In this document: positions 20,145-29,509 of the stretch, in pieces
Layout of the letters: each line of letters begins with the position of its first letter
Numbering within the stretch: the stretch's first letter is position 1
Notes under the pieces: model-generated
What the model was told of the DNA's origin: nothing
The model's database searches: none
The model's input: only the letters and a program-made list of their open reading frames with translations
Assembly: GCA_011364985.1 (NCBI GenBank)
Contig: RDOC01000001.1
Location: forward strand, 224,001 to 288,000
From: Candidatus Thorarchaeota archaeon
Lineage (GTDB): Archaea; Asgardarchaeota; Thorarchaeia; Thorarchaeales; Thorarchaeaceae
Direction of reading: 5' to 3'
DNA: 64,000 nt
Made by a program: the position numbers and the translations under genes

Positions 20145-20347
20145 TGAAACCGCTCCCCGAGTCTATAGGGTGGATGACCACCCGGACCAAACGAACTCAG
20201 GATGTACATATCTGAGCATGAACAGAAATGTACGTTCGTTGTGGAGGATGTTAGGATTTCCCTTTATCCTTTACTGACTTCAAATAGGATTTGACGCCCT
20301 TAGTTGCGCCCCAGTGTACATATGTGTGCGTTAATCAATGGGCAGGT

Positions 20348-21139
20348 CTACTTGCTCTCGGCCGCAAATCTGGCTGCTACAGAAGAGGGATCTTCAGCCT
20401 CCACTATGGACCTCACTACAACTATGTAGGTAGCACCTGCATCCCTTGCATCCTTGGCACCACCACCCTGAATCCCAACACCCGGACTGATTATGGGGAC
20501 CTTCTCACCAAGGATGGACTTGATTTCACGGATTTTATCGGGATAAGTAGCCCCGACTATCACTCCATCTGAGCCCCAGCGCAATGCCCTTTCGGCAAAG
20601 ACTTTGTATAGGAACTTACGAGTCTTATTATCGACGAATACCTCCAAACCATATCCTTCATTGGCAGCAGGATGTGACATGTAGCAGAGGGTTATCACCC
20701 CACGGTCGCGATGCCGCGCCATTTCATAGACGTTGTCGAGTCCACCTTCCCAGCCCACCAAGGGATTTGCGATGATGGCATCAAAACCTGCATCAAAGTA
20801 GTACTTCGCTATGTGGAAATTCGTGTTGCCAATGTCATTCATCTTGCAGTCCATGATTGCCGTCAATCCAAAATCATGAATTGTATCAATGATCCGAGAC
20901 ACTCCATCAAAGAGACCAAGAGGAAGAACAATCTGACGATTGAACTTGAATGCAATGGCATATTCTGCAGTTTGGGATACGATTTGGATAGCGCGTTTTT
21001 CCAGTTTCTCCTGTTCCTGCTCACGGGCATGTCGGTCCAGGCCAACAAGGTTGGTGGTCAAGTCTATTCCTATAATAAGCCTGCTTTTACGTACAAACGA
21101 TGCAGCCGCGAGTTTTCGAGCGTATGCTTGTTCACCCAT
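20348..21139 (-). CDS. pyrF: Orotidine 5'-phosphate decarboxylase
   Basis: DCKMNDIGNT (DxKxxDIxNT), MSHP, VGAT.P, SPGVG.QGG, VV.RSI. Confidence 0.95.
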   Translation of the reverse strand: MGEQAYARKLAAASFVRKSRLIIGIDLTTNLVGLDRHAREQEQEKLEKRAIQIVSQTAEYAIAFKFNRQIVLPLGLFDGVSRIIDTIHDFGLTAIMDCKMNDIGNTNFHIAKYYFDAGFDAIIANPLVGWEGGLDNVYEMARHRDRGVITLCYMSHPAANEGYGLEVFVDNKTRKFLYKVFAERALRWGSDGVIVGATYPDKIREIKSILGEKVPIISPGVGIQGGGAKDARDAGATYIVVVRSIVEAEDPSSVAARFAAESK

Positions 21140-21219
21140 GAACTCCAACTCCTAGTGGTATGGTTAGCTCATGCACACTTATATGAAATACGGGTTCAAA
21201 AATCAACGGAGAAGCAGAC

Positions 21220-22263
21220 TTGAGCCCCGATTGGATGATGTCTAGAATTGCGGTTGTAACGATTGCCGTACTCGGCCCTGTCTACTTTGTCCTATTAGTG
21301 GCACTTATGCCCTTTCAGCTGACACCTTTTGATGATGTTCTATTCAACCGAATCTTCCATTATGTAGTGGTTCCAGTAGTATTTTCGGCGCCTTGGCTTG
21401 GGATAATCTACAACAATCGATATCGACTGGCAAATACGTTTCATCTCATGAATGAAACTACAGACGCAGTTCCTCTCAGATGGCGTGTCTTCTACGGAAC
21501 CAATGCTGCATTTGTTGTGGTCTTCTTCGTTTTGCCACTGGTCACTGCACCATTAGCCATCGTAGGAGGTCTAGTCATAGCTGGACACGTATTTTACAGA
21601 ATTGGCGTTGGGAAGCTTGGAGGCGGAAAGCCTGCAGCGTTTTTGGGTGCGCTGGTAGCTATTGCGCTTTGCATTCTGCCTATAATCGTTATGATAGAGT
21701 TCATTCCGAACTATCTTCAGGTTTGGGAGACCATTCTTAGTGCATGGAGCACACTGTGGGTTGACATAGTCTATGCAGTATCTCAATGTCTAGTCAATGC
21801 ATTGAACTTCGGGGCGCCAATCTACTTCATCTATTTCGCGGCTGGCGAATACGACAGAGGGCTATATGGGCGACTGTATACTAGGACGCCCTCTGGCTGG
21901 ATCAGATTCGGTGAGGCTGTAATATTCGCAGTGTTTCTATACTTGTATCTCCCTGTTGTGGTTACCCCATTCGGGTTCAGTTTATTCCTTGGGCTAGACC
22001 AGATCTTCACGCAATACATAAACTGGATCTCATTGGGAATAATGGGGATCATGATATTGGTGAAGTTTGGTCTCGGAGTGAGTGACAATAGCACCCTTGG
22101 TGGACCCTCGAACATCCTAATAGTCGGTGCCTTCCTCATTGTTGAGATAGTCAATAAAACGAATCTGGTTCTAAAAACGATTATAATATGGCTTGCCTTC
22201 CTAATATTCTCTGGAGTCAGCCTTGTGAACTATGTAAGGGCGTCCCCTCGGGAGATGTACTGA
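21220..22263 (+). CDS. Hypothetical polytopic membrane protein
   Basis: 347 aa with about 9-10 hydrophobic segments. Its stop abuts the NUDIX gene start. Confidence 0.75.
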   Translation: MSPDWMMSRIAVVTIAVLGPVYFVLLVALMPFQLTPFDDVLFNRIFHYVVVPVVFSAPWLGIIYNNRYRLANTFHLMNETTDAVPLRWRVFYGTNAAFVVVFFVLPLVTAPLAIVGGLVIAGHVFYRIGVGKLGGGKPAAFLGALVAIALCILPIIVMIEFIPNYLQVWETILSAWSTLWVDIVYAVSQCLVNALNFGAPIYFIYFAAGEYDRGLYGRLYTRTPSGWIRFGEAVIFAVFLYLYLPVVVTPFGFSLFLGLDQIFTQYINWISLGIMGIMILVKFGLGVSDNSTLGGPSNILIVGAFLIVEIVNKTNLVLKTIIIWLAFLIFSGVSLVNYVRASPREMY

Positions 22264-22701
22264 TTGTATAGGAATCCAACGCCCACGGTAGACGTGGTGG
22301 TATGGAACGGAAGCAGTGTGGTTCTCATTCAACGGGGACACGAACCCTTCGAAGGAAAATGGGCACTTCCTGGTGGATTTGTAGACTTCGGTGAATCAGT
22401 AGAAGCCGCTGCATTGCGAGAGGTGAAAGAAGAAACGGGTTTGACTGCTTCACTTCTGGCTATTCTTGGGGTATATAGTGCTGTGGATAGAGACCCGAGA
22501 ACCCATACAATGAGCACCGTTTTCATTGCGGAGAGCGAGGCAGAAGCTCCAACAGGCGGAGATGATGCCGCAGCAGCTAGATGGGTTAGACTGGACCATG
22601 TTGTCACGAAAGATCTTGCTTTCGACCATGGGCTCATACTCGACGATTTCAAGAGATGGCTGAAGAAAGACGCTACGTTCTGGTCAACAAGAGACCGCTA
22701 A
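22264..22701 (+). CDS. NUDIX hydrolase (ADP-ribose pyrophosphatase-like)
   Basis: WALPGGFVDFGESVEAAALREVKEETGL Nudix box, RDPR.H, GDDA, LAFDH. Confidence 0.95.
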   Translation: MYRNPTPTVDVVVWNGSSVVLIQRGHEPFEGKWALPGGFVDFGESVEAAALREVKEETGLTASLLAILGVYSAVDRDPRTHTMSTVFIAESEAEAPTGGDDAAAARWVRLDHVVTKDLAFDHGLILDDFKRWLKKDATFWSTRDR

Positions 22702-23057
22702 ATATCCAGAATCTCGATCTTATCAGCGAGCCTGATAATGGCCAAGTAGAATTTCAGCGGTTCTGATTGAGGTACGTTCACAAATTCAATTTCTTCCTTC
22801 TCCCTACTGGAATAGGATAGGAAGTTACCTGCAGGAGCCTCATCAGTAACAGTATAGATCCATAGTGGCAATCCGTATAATTCGTAGTAACCATGGTGTG
22901 AAATCATCGTTCCGAAGACATGCTTACCCTCGTGCTCAAAGTAGAGCATGCTTGGCATCCTATCTCGTTGGGCTGATGATCCCAATAGCATTCGAGCAAG
23001 ATCAGTCAGCGATTCCAGTTTCAGATTAACAGGGGATCTAACATCATCCTTGCTCAT
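22698..23057 (-). CDS. Hypothetical archaeal protein
   Basis: LESLTDLAR...YYELYGLP pattern reminiscent of small TACK/Asgard conserved proteins. Directly downstream of the HerA-like gene. Confidence 0.7.
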   Translation of the reverse strand: MSKDDVRSPVNLKLESLTDLARMLLGSSAQRDRMPSMLYFEHEGKHVFGTMISHHGYYELYGLPLWIYTVTDEAPAGNFLSYSSREKEEIEFVNVPQSEPLKFYLAIIRLADKIEILDI

Positions 23058-23085
23058 TTTGCACACCTACACGACGGCGTCAGTA

Positions 23086-25329
23086 TCACCTTATAAGGCT
23101 AGGCTTAGGTCTCTCTAACTCGCACAAGTCTGTAACGGAGGCCATTAAGGGAGCTGCCTCTTTCTTGCTCTCGCTAGTCACAACTACCGAAACGCAGGCT
23201 AGCATTCCACTGACACCGATCGACAGCCCAGCACGAGTACCATCTTTTCTTAGAAGCACATAAGAGAAGCCGCCCTCACTCTTTACGGAATCCAGTGTCA
23301 TGCCAGAACTCACTAGACTCTGAATGACTAATTCGACAAGCTGCTTGGGATCCATATCGATCCTAGATATCGCGATAGAATCTCTGAATTTGTTATCTGC
23401 TGCGAAGAGAAATTCGTGAGGCGTTTCCGAATAGAGAATCTTTCGCGTGAGTGCCTTCTCAAGCAATGTTCTTGATAGAACTCCAAATTCCCTGATGCAC
23501 ACCTCCATTCCCTCTATGGTGACAGGCTCGTATGATGCAGTTACTCCGCTCTCTGCCCGTGGTAACTCCCATTTCAAATTAGAGGAAGAGGCTTCTGCTC
23601 GAGGAGCAGATTCATCGGTTATTGTGATATCCTGCATTCTAGCATCGAAGTACTTCTCTATGTACTCGTGCATCCAGTTGTCAAGCAGTGCCCAATCTTC
23701 TTTGCTTAGTTTCAGTGGAGGACGCGGTATTACTGGTAGCTCCACAGTTTCCTCTTTTTCCAGCTGCGAAGGTTCTAATTCAATTTCCAGCTCATCTTCA
23801 CCAAGTTCCAAGTCGGCGGATCCCTCATCTCCAATTGACTCACTAGGGATCATCAACCGAACAGCCTCGAAAAGGGATGATAGTCGGTCAGTTCCGCCGT
23901 GCTGTGAAATTCGTGGGCGAATCTGAGTGATGAATCCACGTTTGTTCTCGGTGGTTTGATCAAAGACAATTGCAACGCCGCGGGGCAGACTACTGATGAA
24001 TACCTTGTCCCTAAACTTAAGAGGCATGACTGCTGGAGCCCTCTGCTGAAGCGCTCGAATATCAGCCTCATGTGAGAGAGAATGTGACAGAATAATGTCA
24101 GCCTGAGAGATGGCTTCATCTGCAACAGCTGATGGTTGCTGAGTACAGAGAACCAAGCTACATCCGAATCTTCTGCCCAGCTTTGCATAGCCAACTATGG
24201 CATCCTTTGCAGGAGTATTACCAGACTTCGGAACAAGAGTGTGTGCTTCGTCGATGATGAGCCAAGTTGGAGGTAGCTCCTCTCTGGCACTAGTTCCCTC
24301 ATCCGTCCAGGCCATTCTGTAGGTAAGAACCTGTCTACAAAGCATATTCGTCAGGATTGCAAGGACTGTGTCAGCCTCTGATCCAAGGGGGGCAACATCG
24401 ATTATCGTGATTCGCCCCGCGACTGCTAGGTCTTGGGCACTTGTTCCGCTTGGATGAAAGACACCTAGTCGGTCTGCGCGCTTCAGGCGTTGAATCATAG
24501 CTGTTCGTGTAGCGGGTTGATAGAGGTCAAGAATTGTGGGATTGGTTTCTATGCAGGCGATCATATCCTTGATGCTAAAATCGCGTTTAAGAGAAACCTT
24601 GCTGCCGCTTTCTGTGACATATCCTCTGCGAAGACTATCAAGAACCTCTCCAATCAAATTGTCCATGGCGGTGCTTAATGTCCCGCCTCGTTCCAACACA
24701 TAACCCCAATCTGCTGCGGTCAGCTCTCTGGGAGAAATGGCAAGGGGAAACAGCCGAGCGCGCTGTTTCACTTCATCAGGAAGACCTATGTAGGTTCGGC
24801 GTGGAATATAGACTGAAACAGGAAAACCTCTTGCTTCTAGATTCCACTTTCTCAGAAGACTGTCCTGATCCTCATTTGGTTCAACACACTGACGAAAAAC
24901 GTCAACAGTATCAATCACAACGGCAGCAACCTCGATTTCTCGCCGCTCCATAGCTCGGGCGAGCTCTTCAGCGATTATTCCCAGCGTATAGCTTTTGCCG
25001 GAACCTCTTTTTCCAGCCACAAATAGTACATGGGGACTAATCAAATCGAGTTGGACAGGCATTCCTAACAGTGATTCAAGAATATCATCTGCTGATTCTG
25101 CTATTGCTCCAATCAATCCTAGTCCCGCATGATGGTATTTCGCATGGAACCCCTCAGACCGTCCAATCACAACCCCAGAGCCGGGATCAACCAGAAGGTC
25201 GAGAGGATCTCCAACTCGGGGGTAGAATGCTAGTGCAGATTTGGGAATAAGGCTCACGGGCTGGTCAGACAGGACTAGTTCGTCTTCAGCCGGCGGCATT
25301 GGATCTTCTGAGTGGTGGTCTTCGTCCAA
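23086..25329 (-). CDS. HerA/FtsK-superfamily (DUF87-type) ATPase with long C-terminal extension
   Basis: PHVLFVAGKRGSGKSYT (Walker A), WLIIDEAH (Walker B), GRRFG arginine finger, LCTQQPS. Confidence 0.88.
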   Translation of the reverse strand: MDEDHHSEDPMPPAEDELVLSDQPVSLIPKSALAFYPRVGDPLDLLVDPGSGVVIGRSEGFHAKYHHAGLGLIGAIAESADDILESLLGMPVQLDLISPHVLFVAGKRGSGKSYTLGIIAEELARAMERREIEVAAVVIDTVDVFRQCVEPNEDQDSLLRKWNLEARGFPVSVYIPRRTYIGLPDEVKQRARLFPLAISPRELTAADWGYVLERGGTLSTAMDNLIGEVLDSLRRGYVTESGSKVSLKRDFSIKDMIACIETNPTILDLYQPATRTAMIQRLKRADRLGVFHPSGTSAQDLAVAGRITIIDVAPLGSEADTVLAILTNMLCRQVLTYRMAWTDEGTSAREELPPTWLIIDEAHTLVPKSGNTPAKDAIVGYAKLGRRFGCSLVLCTQQPSAVADEAISQADIILSHSLSHEADIRALQQRAPAVMPLKFRDKVFISSLPRGVAIVFDQTTENKRGFITQIRPRISQHGGTDRLSSLFEAVRLMIPSESIGDEGSADLELGEDELEIELEPSQLEKEETVELPVIPRPPLKLSKEDWALLDNWMHEYIEKYFDARMQDITITDESAPRAEASSSNLKWELPRAESGVTASYEPVTIEGMEVCIREFGVLSRTLLEKALTRKILYSETPHEFLFAADNKFRDSIAISRIDMDPKQLVELVIQSLVSSGMTLDSVKSEGGFSYVLLRKDGTRAGLSIGVSGMLACVSVVVTSESKKEAAPLMASVTDLCELERPKPSLIR

Positions 25330-25444
25330 AGAGCTCCCTCAAATGCAGCTAAACAGGAAGCCGGATAAAGCTTTGTTCTTTGGCGCGTGAAGAAGAAGGA
25401 CTTGGGACACAAGACTAAAATCGAGTTTCGAGCTGAACAGAAGC

Positions 25445-26224
25445 ATGAAAGACCAGATTCGAGATGGAGATTTCGTATACATCCACCTTGACAGTAAAAG
25501 GAACTGGATACGCAGAGTGGAAAAAGGAGAGGAGTTTCACTCCAATAAGGGAATAATCAAGTTCGACGACATCATTGGAAAGCCCTTTGGAATCAGGGTG
25601 GAAAGTCATTCTGGAACGGTCTTTCAGATTCATCGTCCAAGTCAAACGGACATTCAGATATCAATGGGGAGAAACACTCAGATAGTGTATCCAAAAGATG
25701 CAGGCACCATACTGATCGAAACGGGGGTTGTAGCTGGCTCAAGAATTGTTGAATCCGGAACAGGATCAGGAGCACTGACAAGCATATTGGCGAGAGCCGT
25801 GGGTCCGTCGGGGCATGTGTATACCTATGAGATTCGAGAGGATATGTATAGAGGGGCAAAGAAGAATCTAGACCGGTATGGATTACTGGAAAATGTCACC
25901 ATGCATAACAGAGACATCTTGGAGGGAATAGAAGAAGAGAATCTGGACGCTATCATTTTTGATTTAGCTACGCCTTGGAACTTGGTCAACGAAGCGCATA
26001 GAGTACTTAGACCGAGTTGTATTCTAGCAAGCTACAGTCCGACAATAGAACAATCAATGAAAGTATGCAAGGCACTTGGCGAAGGAGGAAAGTGGGGCAT
26101 GATTAAGACTCTTGAAGTCCTTCAGAGGGAGATCATGGTCAGAGAGGAAAGAACCAGACCAACAACATGGATGGTTGCTCATACAGGATACATGACCTTT
26201 GCCAGGTCAATCTCCAGTACCTAA
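25445..26224 (+). CDS. trmI: tRNA (adenine-57/58-N1)-methyltransferase
   Basis: RNTQIVYPKD, ESGTGSGALT, VYTYEIRED, DLATPW, YSPTIEQ, HTGY. Confidence 0.95.
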   Translation: MKDQIRDGDFVYIHLDSKRNWIRRVEKGEEFHSNKGIIKFDDIIGKPFGIRVESHSGTVFQIHRPSQTDIQISMGRNTQIVYPKDAGTILIETGVVAGSRIVESGTGSGALTSILARAVGPSGHVYTYEIREDMYRGAKKNLDRYGLLENVTMHNRDILEGIEEENLDAIIFDLATPWNLVNEAHRVLRPSCILASYSPTIEQSMKVCKALGEGGKWGMIKTLEVLQREIMVREERTRPTTWMVAHTGYMTFARSISST

Positions 26225-26235
26225 GGAAGTCCCCC

Positions 26236-26312
26236 GACTAAAACTTTATATCCATTCATACAGTCTGTTGACTGTCGATTGTTTTTGTCGATTATTGACG
26301 GAATGTGTCGGT
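26236..26312 (+). promoter_or_regulatory. Putative BRE/TATA promoter with downstream TGTCG(ATT) direct repeats
   Basis: GACTAAAAC-TTTATA at 26236-26250, TGTCGATT at 26273 and 26286, TGTCGG at 26306. Confidence 0.45.
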
Positions 26313-26382
26313 CATCGCCATGTCTTATCGTCATAAGAGAACTTCCTTTGCAAAGAGTCCAAGAGACCTACTAGGTAACATA

Positions 26383-26688
26383 ATGAGGCTGGGGCTAATC
26401 TCCTACGAGCTGTCAGATGTCACAGCAAGACAAGACGCCGATTCAGGAAAGAGCAAAACAGGAGAGAAGAGGATAAACGCGCTTCCAGAAAATGCTGAGG
26501 ATCTCCCTGCAGACATTGAAGCAGAAATAGTCCTTCCCCCAATGAATGAGATTGAAAATGATCTTTGTGACCATTATGTTCTGGCTCGTGAAGTAAAATT
26601 CGAGGTTGAAGAGGTTAAGGAGGTCTTCGAGAAGAAGAAGAAAAGACGAAACTACATTGAGTTCAGAAACGCTTACGAGAAGGGGTAG
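26383..26688 (+). CDS. Hypothetical protein
   Basis: Acidic protein with a basic C-terminal patch (EKKKKRRNY), directly upstream of the wHTH gene. Start uncertain (26305-26383). Confidence 0.55.
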   Translation: MRLGLISYELSDVTARQDADSGKSKTGEKRINALPENAEDLPADIEAEIVLPPMNEIENDLCDHYVLAREVKFEVEEVKEVFEKKKKRRNYIEFRNAYEKG

Positions 26689-26699
26689 GTGAACAGAGG

Positions 26700-27074
26700 A
26701 TGAACAATAGTGTGGAAGACCTCAAGGATGAAATCCAAGAGCTTAGAGAAACTGTCCTCGGCCTAAGAAGAACCGTAGGAGAACTCACAGTGCAGTTGGA
26801 GAAGACAGAGCCTGTTCAAAATAAGCCCAAGGAAGAAGGATTGTACAAAGTTATTTCTAATCAAAGAATCTGTGTTGAGGGAGACCTTAGCTGGACAAGA
26901 CTAGTGAAACATCTGCAAGATGCCGACCAAGGATTGACCGCAACCGAAGCAGCATCGCGGTGGGGTAGGTCACGCTCACGAACTAGTGAAGTGCTCAATA
27001 AGCTTGCCAACAAGGGTCACGTCGTCAAGTACCGGGATGGTAGAAAGATCAGATTCAGATGTCTTGAAGACTGA
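26700..27074 (+). CDS. Coiled-coil + winged helix-turn-helix DNA-binding protein
   Basis: N-terminal heptads (VEDLKDEIQELRETVLGLRRTVGELTVQL) and C-terminal GLTATEAASRWGRSRSRTSEVLNKLANKGHVVKYRDGRKIRF. Confidence 0.85.
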   Translation: MNNSVEDLKDEIQELRETVLGLRRTVGELTVQLEKTEPVQNKPKEEGLYKVISNQRICVEGDLSWTRLVKHLQDADQGLTATEAASRWGRSRSRTSEVLNKLANKGHVVKYRDGRKIRFRCLED

Positions 27075-27178
27075 CTTCATGGGCCGCTTCTTAGTAGTGC
27101 ACATTTCGCACCCTAGGTATTCTTAAGTATAGCATCTAGTACATAGCCTTTAGCGATTCGCAATAGGAGTTATGTCCG

Positions 27179-29497
27179 TTGACTAACCAGGCGCCAGGCA
27201 AGAAGAACGACGAAGCCGACTTCGAGGATGTTGAGGTGTACACAAGCAAACTGTACGAACTCAACATTCAGGCACAGGATGCCGTGAGGGATTTTTCTCT
27301 TCACGATATTGACGATGAAGAGGGGATAGAACTTAAGCGAATTGCTATGCACGATGCATACACCGAGCTCTATGATGCGATTGCCAAGTTTAGCGATGAA
27401 ATTGGCAGCGAGGAATTCGACATCGAGTACCTAAGAAGCAGACTTCCTCAAGCTGAAGATGAGGCAAAACAACAGATTGAAAATGCGCTTAGCGAGCTTC
27501 TGGCAAAGGCTCAGCAGAATCTTGCAGATGTGTGGATGTCGTTAGTACTTGCTTGGTTACATCAGGCTGCAGCTGCAAGCGGACCCTTCACCGAAGAAGA
27601 TAATGAGGAGAAGAGGAGAAGTGCTTCAAGTCATCTTGCCGACGTATATACCATGCTTGAAAAGCCCTTCTCTGCTGTGCCTCAGAAGATCGATGGTACT
27701 CAAAAGCTTCGTCGAGTTGCCTTGGGAGACAAGGCCTATCAGCTAATGTGTGAAGGCAGGGGTGAAAAAGACAGAGACCTAGCAGATTTGATGGGAAGCA
27801 ACAAGACTGCAGAAGCGGAATTCTATGATGAGTTTCTTAATGAGCTAATAGGGCAGGAAAGTACATTTCGACAAGCGTTCAATCCCTTTGATGAGCTAAT
27901 TTGGCGAAACATCCTAAGCTCCTTCATTTTTGAGCAGGCCACTGACCTGTACAATGAGTCAATTCCACACTTTGCGAAGAACAAGAAGCAAAACAAGCAG
28001 AAGATAGGCAAGATTAAGGCATGGAAACAGAACACCGCAGGTTTAAGTGAAGTCTACCTAGCGATGACTTACAATGACATTGCTGATGCACAAATGCGTG
28101 CGGGCAATCTCGAGGATGCCTCAAAGCTATACCACATCTCATCTGATGCATTTGGAAGGGCAGAGAAATGCTTTAGGAACTCACTTCAACTTCAGGCAAA
28201 TGCCACACAATCCGCTAATGATAAGGATCATAAGATGGCTCAATCCCTTTTCTGTAGAGCTGAGGCATCAGTTCAAACACTATCCGAATTGATGAAGCTG
28301 AACAACAAGCAAGAATCGTCTGCAATTCTTAAGGAGATTTTCAAGGACCTCAGGAAGGCCGAGAAGCTATCAAAGACAAGAGAATTAACTGGTGCCATCA
28401 AGGCGAATTTGACCACATTTTCGTTTGTAGAGAATCTCCTGAAGAAGAGGTTTGATGACCTAAGTGCAATACGAGACCAAATTGAATTTGCCAAAGAGAT
28501 TAGAAAAACCACCTTGATTCAGAGTGTAAGTAAAGCCTTAGATGAAGCCGGCTCAAACTTGGGAGAGAATGCCATTGATTCCCTTGAAGCAATACGCGAG
28601 GGACTAGATAATCTTGGCATTCTACTCAGCCTAGAGGTGGATGATGAAGAAATTGGCTATCTTAGGAACAAAACGATTGCATTGGTGAACAACGTCAAGT
28701 ATGTCATTCAATTCCAGCTCAGTTCAAAACTTGAGCAGAGCGTCAAATTCATACAGTCCCGAATTCTTGAGAATCTCCATGCCGCAGAAGCAGCCTCATA
28801 CTACAAGGTCATCGGAGAGAAGGCACAGGCCAGTGAGCTCACAGATCTTGGCAGACTTGCATTGGCAACAGCCTATGCATCAGAGGCGCAAGTCTACGCT
28901 AGGCAAACAGAACAGTGGTCATTCAGAACCCAGATGGAACGTATAGGTTACTTCAAGCAAATGGATGATGAGCTTGGGCAGCTTGAAGATGAGGAGAGTA
29001 TGGACGACGCAATGGAATCTCATGACACAACCCTGTCCAGAATAAAACAGGCCATCGCAGCCTTCGACTCGGCTGCCAATGAGCTTGCCAGTGTTAGAGA
29101 TGAGGAGATTAGAAAGAGGAACAATGTGGAAGCCCAAGTCCGCCAACTTCAAGCTGTAGTGATGAAATTTAGGGGTGACCTAAGAAGAATCCAGGGTGCC
29201 AAGAATGATTTTCTTGCTGAGGTGTCATTTAGGGCAGGCGACATATCCAAGGCGAAAATTCACTATTCAAATGCGAATGACGAGTTAAGGGAGGCAGTCG
29301 GCAATTACAATACGGCTGCGCAAGTCTTTCAGCAAAGCGGAGATGCTCAAGCGGCTCAAACAGTTGATGGCAGAGCAAAGACAACCGATATCCTTGCGCG
29401 CAGCATCTGGGACAATAGGCAACGTCTTGAGAGAGACCAAGAACCAAATGAAAAGGGAGATGCTGAGCTTTCAGCCTTGTACATGGGAGGCGGCTAA
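27179..29497 (+). CDS. Large all-alpha helical-repeat (TPR/SNAP-like) protein
   Basis: 772 aa, A/E/L/K-rich, with recurring A...RAG(N/D)...A...Y..A/S motifs. Confidence 0.7.
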   Translation: MTNQAPGKKNDEADFEDVEVYTSKLYELNIQAQDAVRDFSLHDIDDEEGIELKRIAMHDAYTELYDAIAKFSDEIGSEEFDIEYLRSRLPQAEDEAKQQIENALSELLAKAQQNLADVWMSLVLAWLHQAAAASGPFTEEDNEEKRRSASSHLADVYTMLEKPFSAVPQKIDGTQKLRRVALGDKAYQLMCEGRGEKDRDLADLMGSNKTAEAEFYDEFLNELIGQESTFRQAFNPFDELIWRNILSSFIFEQATDLYNESIPHFAKNKKQNKQKIGKIKAWKQNTAGLSEVYLAMTYNDIADAQMRAGNLEDASKLYHISSDAFGRAEKCFRNSLQLQANATQSANDKDHKMAQSLFCRAEASVQTLSELMKLNNKQESSAILKEIFKDLRKAEKLSKTRELTGAIKANLTTFSFVENLLKKRFDDLSAIRDQIEFAKEIRKTTLIQSVSKALDEAGSNLGENAIDSLEAIREGLDNLGILLSLEVDDEEIGYLRNKTIALVNNVKYVIQFQLSSKLEQSVKFIQSRILENLHAAEAASYYKVIGEKAQASELTDLGRLALATAYASEAQVYARQTEQWSFRTQMERIGYFKQMDDELGQLEDEESMDDAMESHDTTLSRIKQAIAAFDSAANELASVRDEEIRKRNNVEAQVRQLQAVVMKFRGDLRRIQGAKNDFLAEVSFRAGDISKAKIHYSNANDELREAVGNYNTAAQVFQQSGDAQAAQTVDGRAKTTDILARSIWDNRQRLERDQEPNEKGDAELSALYMGGG

Positions 29498-29509
29498 TAC
29501 TGTCGCGGT

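Noticed and set aside
29480-29497. C-terminal GGG of the 772-aa protein as a ubiquitin-like conjugation tail
   Set aside because: No beta-grasp domain precedes it; the protein is entirely helical
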